From Octopus sinensis (lineage: Eukaryota), in contig NW_021835016.1 of the NCBI RefSeq assembly GCF_006345805.1, positions 1-42,917 on the forward strand: a stretch of 42,917 bases of DNA, read 5' to 3'. Positions 1-10,029 of the stretch are shown here, in pieces. Within the stretch, counting starts at the first letter, position 1, and every line of letters begins with the position of its first letter. A program made the position numbers and the translations under genes. The notes beneath the pieces were generated by a model. That model was not told the DNA's origin and searched no databases. It was given only the letters and a program-made list of their open reading frames with translations.

Positions 1-74
1 AAACACACATACACCCCCCACACACTCATGCACATGTATATATGTATGTATGTATGTATATATTTGTGCGTGCG

Positions 75-270
75 TCTTTGTTCCCCCATCACCACTTGAC
101 AACCGGTGTTGGTGTGTTTATGTCGCCGCAAATTAGCGGTTTCGGCAAAAAGAGACCGATGGAATAAGAACTAAGCTTAAAAAGTGAGTCCTGGAGTCGA
201 TTTGTTCGACTAAAGCCATTCAAGGCGGTGCTCCAGCATGGCTGCAGTCAAATGACTGAAACAAGTAAAA
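75..270 (+). mobile_element. tRNA-derived SINE family A, 3' half
   Basis: Contains cttgacaaccggtgttggtgtgttta...ggcggtgctccagcatggctgcagtcaaatgactgaaacaagtaaaa. The same sequence is at 21160-21370 and, reverse-complemented, at 8118, 21779 and 35761. Confidence 0.85.
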
Positions 271-412
271 CTATGAATGGATATATATATATATATATAT
301 ATATAATATTGTTGTATTTGGGGTTTATTGGCAGTTTAGCCAATAAAAACACACGCACTATATATTTGGTGTTCACTTGCTACAGCTTTATTTTATATTA
401 ATTGTATTTCGT

Positions 413-452
413 CCAGAATTCTTTCGTCACACTTCTGTGACCTCATCAGTGG
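413..452 (-). ncRNA. Minimal type I hammerhead ribozyme motif (Penelope-like/retrozyme terminus)
   Basis: Minus strand reads CCA-CTGATGA-G-GTCACA(gaag)TGTGAC-GAAA-GAAT-TC-TGG. Canonical CUGAUGA and GAAA core, 6-bp helix II, 3-bp helix I, vestigial helix III, UUC triplet. Confidence 0.8.
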
Positions 453-1022
453 TCCTTTGCTTTCTTCTTTCTTTTTTGTGTGTCTCTCTTTACTAAGGAT
501 CTGCCATTTTGTATTCCTATTGTATGTATCTTTATTTGCGCATGCGTATATATCCCAGTGTGTGTCTATGTTTAGTAGGTGTGTGTGTGTGTGTGGGGGG
601 ATTGTGCCTGCATTATCAGTATCCCCTGTTTATACTTGTTCGTTTAATTTACTTTTACTTATTTCATTCATTTGGTTATATCTAATTACCTTTTCTTTTC
701 TTCTTATTTTTTGTATTTAATTTAATATAATTTATTTTGTTAATGTATATAGTTATTTGATTCCATTCATTTATCTGTATATTGTATTATATTCATATTA
801 TTATCAGTTCATGGGGATCTTATTCTTTCATAAGTTGTGGTGTGTTGGGTGTGTGTGCTAATGTTCCCCCCACCCATTCACTACCACTCATAGCAGTCCA
901 ATAAACACATTCTGCCAGTAAAGAACATGAATCTATTAACTCCTACAGAATTCAAACCAAGACAGACGCACAGGATGGCCTTGAAGTCGAATATTTCAAA
1001 TTAACGGAGACAACACTTGAAT

Positions 1023-1127
1023 ATCACCTGAGGAAGCACAACTGGATCTCGTTATGCAAACAAACAGTTGCATAATCAAATACCTGTAATTTTGGAGACC
1101 ACGCTGGGTGAAAACAATTGTAGTGAT
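1023..1127 (+). ncRNA. Type I hammerhead ribozyme motif with long helix II insert (degenerate)
   Basis: ATCAC-CTGAGGA-A-[imperfect long stem with inner hairpin TTATGCAA/TTGCATAA]-GAAA-ACAATTGT-A-GTGAT. Helix I is ATCAC/GTGAT, helix III is the palindrome ACAATTGT, triplet GUA. There is one extra A in the GAAA box. Confidence 0.65.
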
Positions 1128-1191
1128 TAAAAAATAACTGTCCAACCGTACTCCTTCTTGCTGACTCCAATTTCTTCAATATATATATATG

Positions 1192-1231
<40 letters not shown>

Positions 1232-1329
1232 AAGTTAATCCAAACAAGAAAACAAAAACAAAAAAAAACGCAAGGACGTGGAACAAATAAAATATTATTG
1301 GACGCTCAGGAAAGAAGAGAAGAAGGAGG

Positions 1330-1364
1330 GTTTGACGTTTCGAGTGAAGCTCTTCGTCGGAAAC
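1330..1364 (-). ncRNA. Minimal type I hammerhead ribozyme motif, U4C variant
   Basis: Minus strand reads GTTT-CCGACGA-A-GAG(cttca)CTC-GAAACGT-C-AAAC. Helix I is GTTT/AAAC, helix III is the palindrome ACGT, triplet GUC. It lies in a repeat at about 1231-1440 that abuts (TA)n. Confidence 0.7.
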
Positions 1365-1852
1365 ATAGGGGAAGGAAAGATCCCGAGAAGGGAAGACAGG
1401 GGGAAAAAATCGTTAGTGATACAGACGAGGTCACTAACGATTATATAAAATAAGTCGATTATTAACATATTATTAACATAAGTTTTATTAAGACTTATTA
1501 TAAGACTTATTAAGATAAGTCGATTATATATATATATATACATGTTTACAAATATTAACTTAATTGCAGCTCTTGGTGGTCCAAATCGGATATGCAATCT
1601 GTGTGGGTATCTTTTCAATACATTGTCTGGTTAAAAAAGCCACATCAGACGCCATGATGGATCTAATGTGTAGGTAAAGGAGGCGGTCAGATGCTAGGGT
1701 GACATATGTACGTCATTGGATTTATGCAACAAGCGTTTGCACAACATTTTTGCTACTTTCTCGGTCGTCATTAGTAGGTTCCAGTGACAAGTATCACAAG
1801 GTGACTGGTACTAGTTTGAGTGTAAGTTTTATGCCAGAATATCTTTCCTTCG

Positions 1853-1997
1853 TTTCGAATTTTGGCACAAGGCCAGTAAGTTTGGAGGAGGAGTAAGTCG
1901 ATTACATTGATCCCTCCCTAGTACTCAACCGGTACTTATTCATCATCGACCTCGAATATCAAGGGCAAAGTTGACTACAGTGGAAGTTGAACACAGA
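1853..1997 (-). mobile_element. SINE family B, degenerate 3' part
   Basis: ttttggcacaaggccag...aagtcgattacattga...ggtacttatt...atcgacc...ggcaaagttgac matches the reverse complement of the copy at 37940-38152. Confidence 0.7.
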
Positions 1998-2038
1998 CAT
2001 ATATATATATATATATACATATATATATAATATATATA

Positions 2039-2101
<63 letters not shown>

Positions 2102-2227
2102 ATATATATATCTTTGCTTGTTACATATGAAAATTATTGAACATTAAAGCGAAGGATCACGCAAGACTTGTTAGTAGAGTTCTAATAATTATTAACCTTC
2201 TAGGCTTACTGTTGTTAAATATATATT

Positions 2228-2420
2228 TATATATATTATATAAAATCCGTTCTGTCTGTTTGTGTGTGTGTCTTCTAGGATCTCGGGCATCCTCCATCCA
2301 ATTGAACTCAAATTTGATATGTAGATAACGACGGTATCAGGCGTGTATAAGTCTTGAAAAAAATTACAAAAATCGATTCCAGGTGAGAATGCGATCGATA
2401 AAGCCGTGGGAACGTGCATT
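2228..2420 (+). mobile_element. Possible non-autonomous Helitron-like 5' fragment
   Basis: tatatattatataaaatcc...tgtctgtttgtgtgtgtgtc...ccatccaattgaactcaaatttgatatgtagata resembles recalled Helitron/HINE 5' ends. No 3' CTAG hairpin was found. Confidence 0.4.
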
Positions 2421-2621
2421 TGTACGAGCAAGTACATCAGCTGTTTGAGTGGCAATTCTAACATTGCCCAACCCTTTGTAAATTTAGCCTGTAAGCACAT
2501 ACGTAGAAACAAAATTTTAGAAAATTTTTTAAATAGAAAACAATTGCAGCGTGGAAGGTGTTTAAAAGTCATTTAAGAAACACACAAAAACTTTTAGATT
2601 CACCTCAACATTTAAATTTAA

Positions 2622-2672
2622 TTTGTCAAAATATTTTCGTCACTTTGAGACCGCGACCTGTTCACTGACAAA
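2622..2672 (-). ncRNA. Type I hammerhead ribozyme motif with G3-C8 swapped core (left copy)
   Basis: Minus strand reads TTTGTCA-GTGAACA-G-GTCGC(ggtctcaaa)GTGAC-GAAAATATT-T-TGACAAA. 7-bp helix I, 5-bp helix II with G10.1-C11.1, palindromic helix III AATATT. Confidence 0.7.
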
Positions 2673-2695
2673 ACTTCAGAGATGCAGCACGAAGT

Positions 2696-2746
2696 TTTGT
2701 CAGTGAACAGGTCGCGGTCTCAAAGCGATGAAAATATTTTGACAAA
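2696..2746 (+). ncRNA. Type I hammerhead ribozyme motif with G3-C8 swapped core (right copy)
   Basis: TTTGTCA-GTGAACA-G-GTCGC(ggtctcaaa)GCGAT-GAAAATATT-T-TGACAAA. Same fold as the left copy, but helix II closes with a G-U wobble. Confidence 0.65.
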
Positions 2747-3253
2747 TTAAATTTAAATGTTGAGGTGAATCTAAAGGTCTTTGTATGTTTCTTAAATGGC
2801 TTGTAAACACCTTCCACGCTGCAATTGTTTTCGTTCCAGCACACGATCTCAGATCGGGTTTTTTGCTATGCAAGAAATAACCCTAAAATTAGTTGTACAG
2901 ATAATATTGCCTCACCATTACCTAAGATTAACAAGACGAAATTAATTCCTGCACATACACAACATTCTCGCATGATTTCTTCACCTCAGTGCAATTGCCT
3001 CTTTTGCCCGAATACAGGTATGCCTTCTAGACTTATAACAGTAAATGCCCTTGAAAAAGTGCTGTATTATACATTAAGATTTTCACAACCACACGTAGTC
3101 CTACCCAATCTAGCAGTCATATTCACTAACAAGTGTCGGCTAAATTATACATACATACACGCATACATACTGATCAGATGAAAATTGGTGCTTTCAACGT
3201 GTGTGCGTGTGTGCATTTTTGGGTGTGCATTGTGTCTCTATGTGTAAGTATAT

Positions 3254-3514
3254 CATCGTGACCGACCAGGCTATCAGATGTTGATGCACATCGCTGGTTA
3301 CAATGCGCTTCGCATTGTTTTAGCCTTCAAACGACGCCACATCGTTGGCTAAGCGAGCAGGCCAACGGAAGAAAGAGTAAGAGAAAGTTGTGGCGATCGC
3401 CACCACCCCCTGCCGGAGCCTCGTGGAGCTGTAGGTGTTTTCGCTCAATAAACACTCACAACGAATCGAATCCGCGAGTCCGCTGCTCTAACCACTGAGC
3501 CATTGCACCTCCAC
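3254..3514 (-). mobile_element. tRNA-derived SINE family C
   Basis: Minus strand starts GTGGAGGTGCAATGGCTCAGTGGTTAGAGCAGCGGACTCGCGG: an A box and tRNA-like head with a partly deleted B-box region (TTCGATTCG), followed by a SINE body. Confidence 0.75.
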
Positions 3515-3578
3515 TTGTGTGTGTATATATATATGTATATGTATATTATATATATACGTATATATAATATATATCTAC

Positions 3579-3645
<67 letters not shown>

Positions 3646-3648
3646 GTA

Positions 3649-3681
<33 letters not shown>

Positions 3682-4157
3682 TATATGTGCAAACACACAC
3701 ACTCACACACACACACGTGGATGTATGCGACGCGACTTATATTTCTCATATACAAACACGTTTTAATGGTTTTCTACTTTTAATTTAAATGAATTTCTAT
3801 TCACAACCAGAATAGATTCTATTCTTTAAATAAATCCATGGTTTACATTCTTTTTTTCATTCCTAACTCAAAACTTGAATAATTTTCCAATTATTCATTC
3901 TTTTCTGCTGCAGATGTTCTATTCAAGTTCTCTTTGAATTATGATTATGAGATTTTAAATATCAACTATTCATGCCAATAATGCTGTTGTTATTACCTTA
4001 AATATTTTATATCAAATCTTGGACAATGTTATGTCACGATATCTCGCCGTTGAATAAAATAATTTTAACGCTGTAACTGGTATGAAAAGGACAATTGTAT
4101 TACTCTTACTGATATCAACTTTGTGACTTAGATGGATAAATGGTTACACGCTGAAGA

Positions 4158-4383
4158 CGTCGAGCTGCCAGAAACGTTAGCACGCTGGGCGAAATACTTT
4201 TCGTCTGCTGTTACGTTCTGAGTTCAAATTCCACCGAGGTCGACTTTGCCTTTCATCCTTTCGGGGGTCGATGAATTAAGTACCAGTTACGCACTGGGGT
4301 CGATATAAGCGACTTAATCCATCCATCTGTCTGTCCTTGTTTGTCTCCTCTGTGTTTAGCCCCTTGCAGGTAGTAAAGAAATA
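4158..4383 (+). mobile_element. SINE family B, near full length, with 16-bp target-site duplication
   Basis: gagctgccagaaacgttagcacg...gagttcaaattcc (B box)...gaggtcgactttgcctttcatcctttcggggg. Flanked by GGTTACACGCTGAAGA at 4142-4157 and 4384-4399. Confidence 0.9.
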
Positions 4384-4467
4384 GGTTACACGCTGAAGAA
4401 TATTTTCACCGGTCAAAACTACGCACTTTGGTGTCTATTTGTGGTAAATATCCACGTATTTATGTGC

Positions 4468-4578
<111 letters not shown>

Positions 4579-4585
4579 ATTATAT

Positions 4586-4617
<32 letters not shown>

Positions 4618-4779
4618 GTATATATATATATATATATGTATGTATTATGTATGTTGTATGTATGTATGTATGATTAGGAGTTCGTGCTGCAAATTTCCTG
4701 GCTTTGGTTAAAAGTAATGTAGGAGAATCAGTTAATTATGATTTTATTCAACATATTTTCCCCGCTCATATTCACACAC

Positions 4780-5075
4780 GAATGACCATTAGATTGCACC
4801 TAAAAAGTTTCCCGCCGAAGCTTGTTTGTGGAAGACGAGCAGTTGCCCAGGCATAACAGCGTCCCCTTCCTAACGCCACCGATGTTGTCCAGGGGAATGG
4901 CAAAGAGGCCGATACAGCTTGGCACCAGTGACGCTGCAACTCATTTCTACAGCTGTGTGAACTGGAGCAACGTCAAATAAAGTATCTTACTCAAGAAGAC
5001 ACAACCCGGTTCGGGAATCGAACTAGCATCCTCACAATTGTACACCTGACGCTCTAACCACTGAGCAATGAGCTT
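4780..5075 (-). mobile_element. tRNA-derived SINE family D with CORE-like central domain
   Basis: Minus strand has A box TGCTCAGTGG and B box GTTCGATTCC, then tgtgtcttcttgagtaagatacttta...cagctgtagaaatgagt, which resembles recalled CORE-type domains. Confidence 0.7.
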
Positions 5076-5123
5076 ATATATATATATATATAGTATATAT
5101 ATATATTATATATATATTATAAT

Positions 5124-5157
<34 letters not shown>

Positions 5158-5267
5158 ATATATGTATATATGTATGTATATATATATAGGTATATATATG
5201 TATGTATGTATATATACATAATATATATATTTATATATATATATATGTATATGTATTATATATATGT

Positions 5268-5298
<31 letters not shown>

Positions 5299-5959
5299 AT
5301 ACATACATGCATACATACATACATATTTATGCGTATGTCTACGTGAACGTGAAATAAGCATAAGAAAAGAGGGATAAAGCAGGAGAGATTAGAGGATATT
5401 TTCTTTTCTGTTCAACTTGTCTTTGCAAAAGTTAACTGAACGGGAGTCGCGGAGGCTAGCAAGTTCTTTGCCCCACGGCTCAAAGTCTGTTCGGTTTCAC
5501 ATGGAACTCACTCACAGACTTGCAACCGCCACATATGTTTGCTGCCTATAGACACCTCATTAGTGTCTTGTTAACTCAACAACATCGTTCCTAATTGGAC
5601 TTTCTTTGATCTCTGGCCGAGCAGTCATCTCAACTCTGGTGACTTGTAGCAGAGGTCAATAATGAAAAAAATAAATCCACCCTACTAAGCAAATATTCCT
5701 GGCCAAAATAATTTTGGTTTTCATGTTATTTGGAATCACTTTTCTTTCGCCCTTTCTCTCTTTCACCCTTTCTCTTTTTAACTCCTCTTCTCTTTCTCAC
5801 ATTAACTCCTCTCTTATTTCTCTTTATTCCTCTTACCTCTACTCTCTTGTAATCCATATCCGACTTTTACTCTGTGGAAACAGATTTACATATTATATAT
5901 ACAAAAAAAATCCATTTGTATAAACATATATACATACTCATATTCATCCTCCCTAAACA

Positions 5960-6602
5960 AAAACGCACACACACACACATACATACATAAATACATACAT
6001 ACATACATACATACATACATACATGTATACATATATATCAATATTTATAGTTATATCTATCTATATTTCCCCCCTCTCTCCCTTCTCTCTGTCCTTTCTC
6101 TCTCTCCCTATCTCTCTCTATATATATGTGTGTGTGTGTGTGTGTATGCATTTTATGTATAAGAAATTTATGATACATGCACACACACACACACATATAT
6201 ATATACACACATACATATATCTATATATATACACATGCGCATATGTGTGTAGGTATGTATACACGTATAATAATGTACGTGTGAATGTGTGTATATTATA
6301 TGAATGTATGATTGTAGGCATATATGTATGTACATTTTTACTAGTTTCGGACATTTTACAAGTTTCAGACACTGTGCCCATGCTGGAGTACTGTGTTCAT
6401 GTGTTTAGTAGAAAACATGTAGTCCATTATTTACATTCTGTGTACCCTTACATAACTTATCAATCACCATCGGTCAAACACAGATATCAAAACACATTAC
6501 ACACTGTTGCATATATATATGTGTGTGTGTATGTGTGTATGTGTGTAACACACAGCTAAATGTATATGCATACGCGCATATGTCATATGTAATGTGTGCG
6601 TG

Positions 6603-6641
<39 letters not shown>

Positions 6642-6749
6642 ATTATATATATATATATATTTATATATATATGTATATATATACGTATTATATATATAAT
6701 ACATATAATACGTATATATACATATATATATAGATATATTATGTATATA

Positions 6750-6796
<47 letters not shown>

Positions 6797-7224
6797 TATA
6801 TGTATATGTACACACACATATACATATACATACATATATATGTATATATATATGTGCATGTATATGTATAAATATATGCATATATTTATGTATGAATATC
6901 TATATCTATTTATCTATCTATCTATATATATGTAAATATTTATTAAAATATATAAAGTATAGATTTTAACTGGCTTCATTAATATCCACATTCATTTCAA
7001 TATGCGTATATTGTCACATTTGGGCTTGCATAATACTTCACATAGCACACGCACACACACACACAAATATACACACACGTACATACACATATACATATAT
7101 ACATTTATATGTAGGTATGTATGTATATGTGTACAACATATCTGCATGTATTTATTCGCATATATGTAAATATACATATACGCATATATATATATTATAT
7201 ATATATATTATATACGCATATATA

Positions 7225-7301
<77 letters not shown>

Positions 7302-7484
7302 TATATATATTATGTATGTATCTATGTATGTATGAATGCATGTTATTGTAATATATAACTTATTCATGTGTGTATCTACATACTTCTGCTGTATGATGAT
7401 TTCTTTTCGAATATTTTCATCTGTTCCTGTTCAACTAATTTCTGTAGAATATTATTTCTTGTCTACAATTTTGAAACACCTCTA

Positions 7485-7532
<48 letters not shown>

Positions 7533-7640
7533 CTCCTCTCGCTCCTCCTTCTCTCTCTCTCTCTCTCTCGCACCCCTTCTGTTTCCTTTTTCTCCTTTCT
7601 GTCTGTTTCTTCTCCTTTCTAAAATCATCTGTAGTGGTAT

Positions 7641-7717
<77 letters not shown>

Positions 7718-7732
7718 GGTGTGTGTGTGTGT

Positions 7733-7767
<35 letters not shown>

Positions 7768-7900
7768 TTATATAAATATGTATATATGTTTATATATTAT
7801 ATATATTATATATCTATATATATAGATATAGGCACGCATTCGTATAAGAGCATATAAATATATCATCATATAAACACATGTACATACATACACACACGCA
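5960..7900. repeat. Compound microsatellite field (TA, CA, TACA, CT)
   Basis: Directly visible. It produces the many Y/I-rich pseudo-ORFs in this interval. Confidence 0.95.
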
Positions 7901-8117
7901 CACATGCCTACACAGACACTACTTATACATAAATTATTCAAATATGTGCAAATTGTATTTATGTTTGTACAAGACGAAAACACCGTTGATACAAAGAAAC
8001 AAGCAGTTTTACGTGAAAACGTGTGAGCAACGTTCTTTTGATAACTTCTCTTTATCCAAATGCTACTTGACTATCTATCTTCCACTGAATTCGTCTTGTT
8101 ATTGTTGTTACTCTCTC

Positions 8118-8306
8118 TTTGACTGCGGCCATGCTGGAGCACCGCCTTTAATCGAGCAACTCGACCCCGGGACTTATTCTATTTGTAAGCCCAGTACTTA
8201 TTCTATCGGTCTCTTTTGCCGAACCGCTAGGTAACGGGACATAAACACACCCCAGCATCGGTTGTCATGCAATGCTAGGGGGACAAACACAGACACACAA
8301 CCACAC

Positions 8307-8344
<38 letters not shown>

Positions 8345-8517
8345 TATACATATATAACGGGCTTCTTTCAGTTTCCCTCTACCAAATCCACTCACAAGGC
8401 TTTGGTCGGCCCGAGGCTATAGTAGAAGACACTTGCCCAAGGTACCACGCAGTGGGACTGAACCCGGAACCATATGGTTGGTAAGCAAGCTACTTACCAC
8501 ACAGCCACTCCTGCGCC
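8118..8517 (-). mobile_element. SINE family A, near full length, with internal (TA)/(TG) microsatellite
   Basis: Minus strand starts GGCGCAGGAGTGGCTGTGTGGTAAG (A box)...GGGTTCAGTCCC (B box)...accttgggcaagtg (CORE-like). The 3' half matches 75-270. Confidence 0.9.
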
Positions 8518-8578
8518 TGTTGTTGATATTATTATCATTTTTGCTGTTGTTGTTGTTTTTGTTGTTATTTTTATTGTT

Positions 8579-8783
8579 AGCTGGCAGAATTGTTAGTATG
8601 CCGGGCAAAATGCATTGCAGTATTCCGTCCTTCTTTACGTTCTGAGTTCACATTCTGCCGGGGTCAACTTTGCCTTTCATCCTTCCGAGCTCGATAAAAT
8701 AAGTACCAGTTGAATACTGGGGGCGATGTAATCGACTTATCCCCTCCCACAAAAATTGAGGCCTTGTGCCTATAGTAGAAAGG
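8579..8783 (+). mobile_element. SINE family B
   Basis: agctggcagaattgttag...gagttcacattc...ctttgcctttcatcctt...gtagaaagg, followed by an ATT tail. Confidence 0.85.
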
Positions 8784-8798
8784 ATTATTATCCTTATT

Positions 8799-9328
8799 GA
8801 GTTAGAGAGTAGTGCATGCCATCAAAATGATTCTGTGGTAAAATATACGAAGCCCAGTATAGTATACCCATCATGACTACCCGTCTGGTAAGGGTACACC
8901 AGACACATGTATCATACCCATATGTGCGCGACATGGTGATCTCATATCAAGATAAACAGCACACCAGCTTGCAGGTAGGGCCCAGTTAGAATTCTCTTGA
9001 GGTCGAGCAGCCCATCCAACGCAAAAGGTCCCTGAATAAGGAATATTTTCAGAGGTGAATTATCCAAACCCCAAAGAATTCCTCTCAATAAATAGCTATC
9101 ATCCTCCCCCACTACTTCTGCTTGTGATCAGAGATGCACATGTCATCAGCCACTAAGGGACATGCTCAACTGGTTAAGGTCAAACAACTGACAGGCAAAT
9201 ATAGTATTGAGCAGAATATTTGCCGTAGCCCATCTTTTATACCAAGACAAAACAATCTACATGATAACACTTCCAATCAGTTAAGATCAGAAGCCACGAG
9301 AGCCACTGCTTGGTACTGCATCTGGGCA
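8799..9328. mobile_element. About 555-bp dispersed element in ATT/TAA repeats, copy 1
   Basis: Colinear with 37282-37826 and 38497-39051, with one internal deletion. Same termini (gagt.agagag...catc.gggca). Confidence 0.85.
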
Positions 9329-9353
9329 CTTATCATTATTATTATTATTATTA

Positions 9354-9455
9354 TGTTTTTTCCTTCTTTCTTCAAATTTTTTGAAATTTTCTTCCGTTTC
9401 TCGCCGAGTGTTTTCCATACACCTAGGGCAGAGAAGCTCATTGTATGGATTCACA
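9354..9455 (-). mobile_element. 3' UTR fragment of an R4/Dong-like LINE
   Basis: The reverse complement, atgagcttctctgccctaggtgtatggaaaacactcggcgagaaacggaag...taataataat, matches the 3' UTR at about 26920-27000. Confidence 0.7.
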
Positions 9456-9529
9456 GATTACACGCGCAAATTCACAGATAAAATATGTATTTAACAATTA
9501 ATAAATAAATAAATTCATGGATGTCATTG

Positions 9530-9694
9530 TATTAATTATTATTATTATATTATTATTATTTTATTATTATTATTATTTTATCATTAGTATATTATTATTA
9601 TTATTATCATTATTATTATATTATTATTAGTATGATTATTTATATATTATTATTATTACTATTATATTGTTGTTGTCGTTGTTGTTATTATTAC

Positions 9695-9728
<34 letters not shown>

Positions 9729-9788
9729 TATTATTATTATTATTGGTAATGTTGTTATTCTTCTTCTTATTCTACTGCTTATTATTAT

Positions 9789-9825
<37 letters not shown>

Positions 9826-9865
9826 ATTATTATCATCATCATCATCATTATTATTATTATTATTA
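9530..9865. repeat. (TTA)n/(TTG)n/(TCA)n trinucleotide array
   Basis: Directly visible. Confidence 0.95.
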
Positions 9866-10024
9866 AGGCAATGAACTGGTAAAATCACTTTTTCGGCATT
9901 TCATCCGTCTTTAAATTTTGTGCTTTAAGTTTTGTGCTCAACCGAGGTCGACATTACCTTTCATCCTTTTGGGGTCGATAAAATAAGTTCCAGTTGAGTA
10001 CTGGGATCGACGTAATTGAATAGC
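9866..10024 (+). mobile_element. SINE family B, degenerate
   Basis: ccgaggtcgacattacctttcatccttttggggtcgataaaataagttccagttgagtactggg. Confidence 0.75.
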
Positions 10025-10029
10025 TCCCA

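Larger units (their letters stand above)
2536..2832. repeat. Long inverted repeat: two 142-bp arms (2536-2677, 2691-2832) with a 13-nt spacer
   Basis: The arms are reverse complements with only a few substitutions, e.g. gagaccgcgacctgttcactgacaaaacttc / gaagttttgtcagtgaacaggtcgcggtctc. Confidence 0.95.

Noticed and set aside
3470-3514. tRNA genes at the SINE heads (also 5020-5075, 8445-8517, 30931-31000)
   Set aside because: They have A/B boxes but no complete cloverleaf, and they continue into SINE bodies.
5560-5635. Phase-compatible minus-strand mini-exon (VEMTARPEIKESPIRNDVVELTRH*) as the rough 3' exon
   Set aside because: No similarity to rough C-termini that I can recall, a competing AG lies just upstream, and such matches are expected by chance over 24 kb.
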